Origin: the human T2T-CHM13v2.0 reference genome, Homo sapiens
NCBI RefSeq assembly: GCF_009914755.1
Contig: NC_060926.1
Strand: one strand, 5' to 3'
Length of the DNA: 64,000 bases
Below, one piece after another: positions 62,640 through 64,000 of the stretch. Below the pieces are notes generated by a model that was not told where the DNA came from, ran no database searches, and saw nothing but the letters and a program-made list of their open reading frames with translations. The position numbers and the translations under genes are program-made. Each line of letters begins with the position of its first letter. Position 1 is the first letter of the stretch.

Positions 62640-64000
62640 CTGAACACCATGTTAATTGTTCTGCTACTCACTTTTCCTTGAAACCCTTTCTTTGCTTAGC
62701 TCTAAGGGATCCACCTCTCCAGGCTTCTGTCTCTCTCATTGCCAGCTCCTCCTCAGCCTCATTTGCCAGATTCTCCTCTCCTTCCTGACTTCCAAATGCA
62801 AGCACGGCCTTGGCCCTTTGTTTTCAGTAACAACCTTCTCTACCATCATGCTCCCATGTAATCTCGTGGCTTTAATTATTGCCTACAGCAGTGACCTCCA
62901 TGTTAATATCCCCTACTTGGACATCTCTCTCTTGGAGAGATCTCATCCCTATCTCTTGGACATTTATATATTTAATTGCAAAACATGACATTATGTCTGT
63001 TGTGGGATGAATTGTGTCTCCAAAACGATATGTAGACATCCTGGGACTTTTCCCTTAAAAATCAGAGTCTTTGCAGATGTAATCACGATGTTCCTTAATA
63101 TCCTGGAACCTAAACATTTAGAGTCACCTGGGTGTTCAGGAAAAGAGCTTGTGGGTTCATGTGTAGTAGCTCAGTACTCACCACACTCTTTGGTAAAAAA
63201 GAAACCTTCCGTTCCATTTTCCCTCCAAGGAACCATTTTGATCCAAGCAAGATATCAAATGAGAGGAAGAGACTGGATGACTTTTAGGTTCCTTCCAAAA
63301 TAAATTATATAAAGTTAAATCCCTCCACCTAATTTGGCTTCTGTGATTTGAAAATGCACAGAATGTGACTAGGGCCCAGTTTTCACCTGGGCTCTGGTCT
63401 CATTGGCATTGTTTCTGGAAGCTTGGATATGACCAGTGACCTTAGAGGAGAGGGGAAGAGACACAGACACAGGCAGAAGGTCATGTGAAGAAGAGGCAGA
63501 GATGGGAGTCATGGATGCACAAGCCAAGGAATGAAAGAAATTGCTGGCAACCAAAGCAGCTAGAAGAGGCAAGGAATAATTTTCTCCTAGAATCCACAAA
63601 GAGACCACAGCCCTGCTGACACCTCGACTTCAGACCTCTAGCCTCCAGAACTAAGAGACAATAAAATGGTGAGGTTTTCAGCCACCTGGCTTGTAGTACT
63701 TTGTTAGGACAGTTCTAGAAAATAAGCATAGTATCCAAAACCAAACTTCTGATTCTCTCACGCCTCAACTTGCCATTTGTAGCGTCTTCGTTTTACAGGT
63801 AGTGATAATCCCCTTCTTCTGGTTCCTTTGGCCAGAAACCACCTCACTGGCCACCTGGATTATTGTAGCAATTGTCACTTGGTTTTATTTTATCCTCACC
63901 TTCCCCGACTCACCACAGGTTATTCTCCAAAGACAGGTTCCTTGCATGGCTTGCTCCGGACTGGCTTCAAGTCTTTCTGTAAATGCCACCTTTTCAATGA
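62640..64000 (+). mobile_element. L2 remnant interrupted by MLT1C
   Basis: 'tctcgtggctttaattattgcctac', 'cttggacat', and after the LTR 'tccaaaaccaaacttctgatt', 'cacctggattattgtagca'. Confidence 0.55.
62998..63730 (+). mobile_element. MLT1C-like LTR in two pieces (about 62998-63088 and 63430-63730)
   Basis: 'tgttgtgggatgaattgtgtctcc...gtctttgcagatgtaatca'; 'gtgaagaagaggcagagatgggagt...acaagccaaggaatg...agcctccagaact'. Confidence 0.8.

Overview
Primate (very probably human) non-coding nuclear DNA, intergenic or deep intronic. I can support no host protein-coding exon. The longer ORFs are L1/Alu/LTR remnants or low-complexity artefacts. The window is a mosaic of transposon fossils: 9 Alus (J, S, Y), L1PA 3' ends, old L1M 5'/ORF1 blocks, MaLR and ERV-L solo LTRs (several with clean 5-bp TSDs), L2, MIR, Tigger4a and an ancient CR1 3' end. 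Most notable: (1) a 7SK snRNA retrocopy (32858-33080, -) fused head-to-head to an L1PA fragment (33081-34201, +) with no poly(A) or TSD, resembling a break bridged by cDNAs from two RNAs; (2) two more non-canonical L1 pieces within 5 kb of it, including a ~33-nt L1 snippet flanked by a 9-bp duplication; (3) two minisatellites born inside LINE remnants (23 x 47 bp in an L1 3'UTR; 18 x 24 bp with a higher-order repeat in an L2); (4) a 527-nt pyrimidine tract with one purine; (5) several local duplications. Repeat subfamilies were called by eye against remembered consensus sequences, and boundaries of old elements are approximate. I could not identify the locus.
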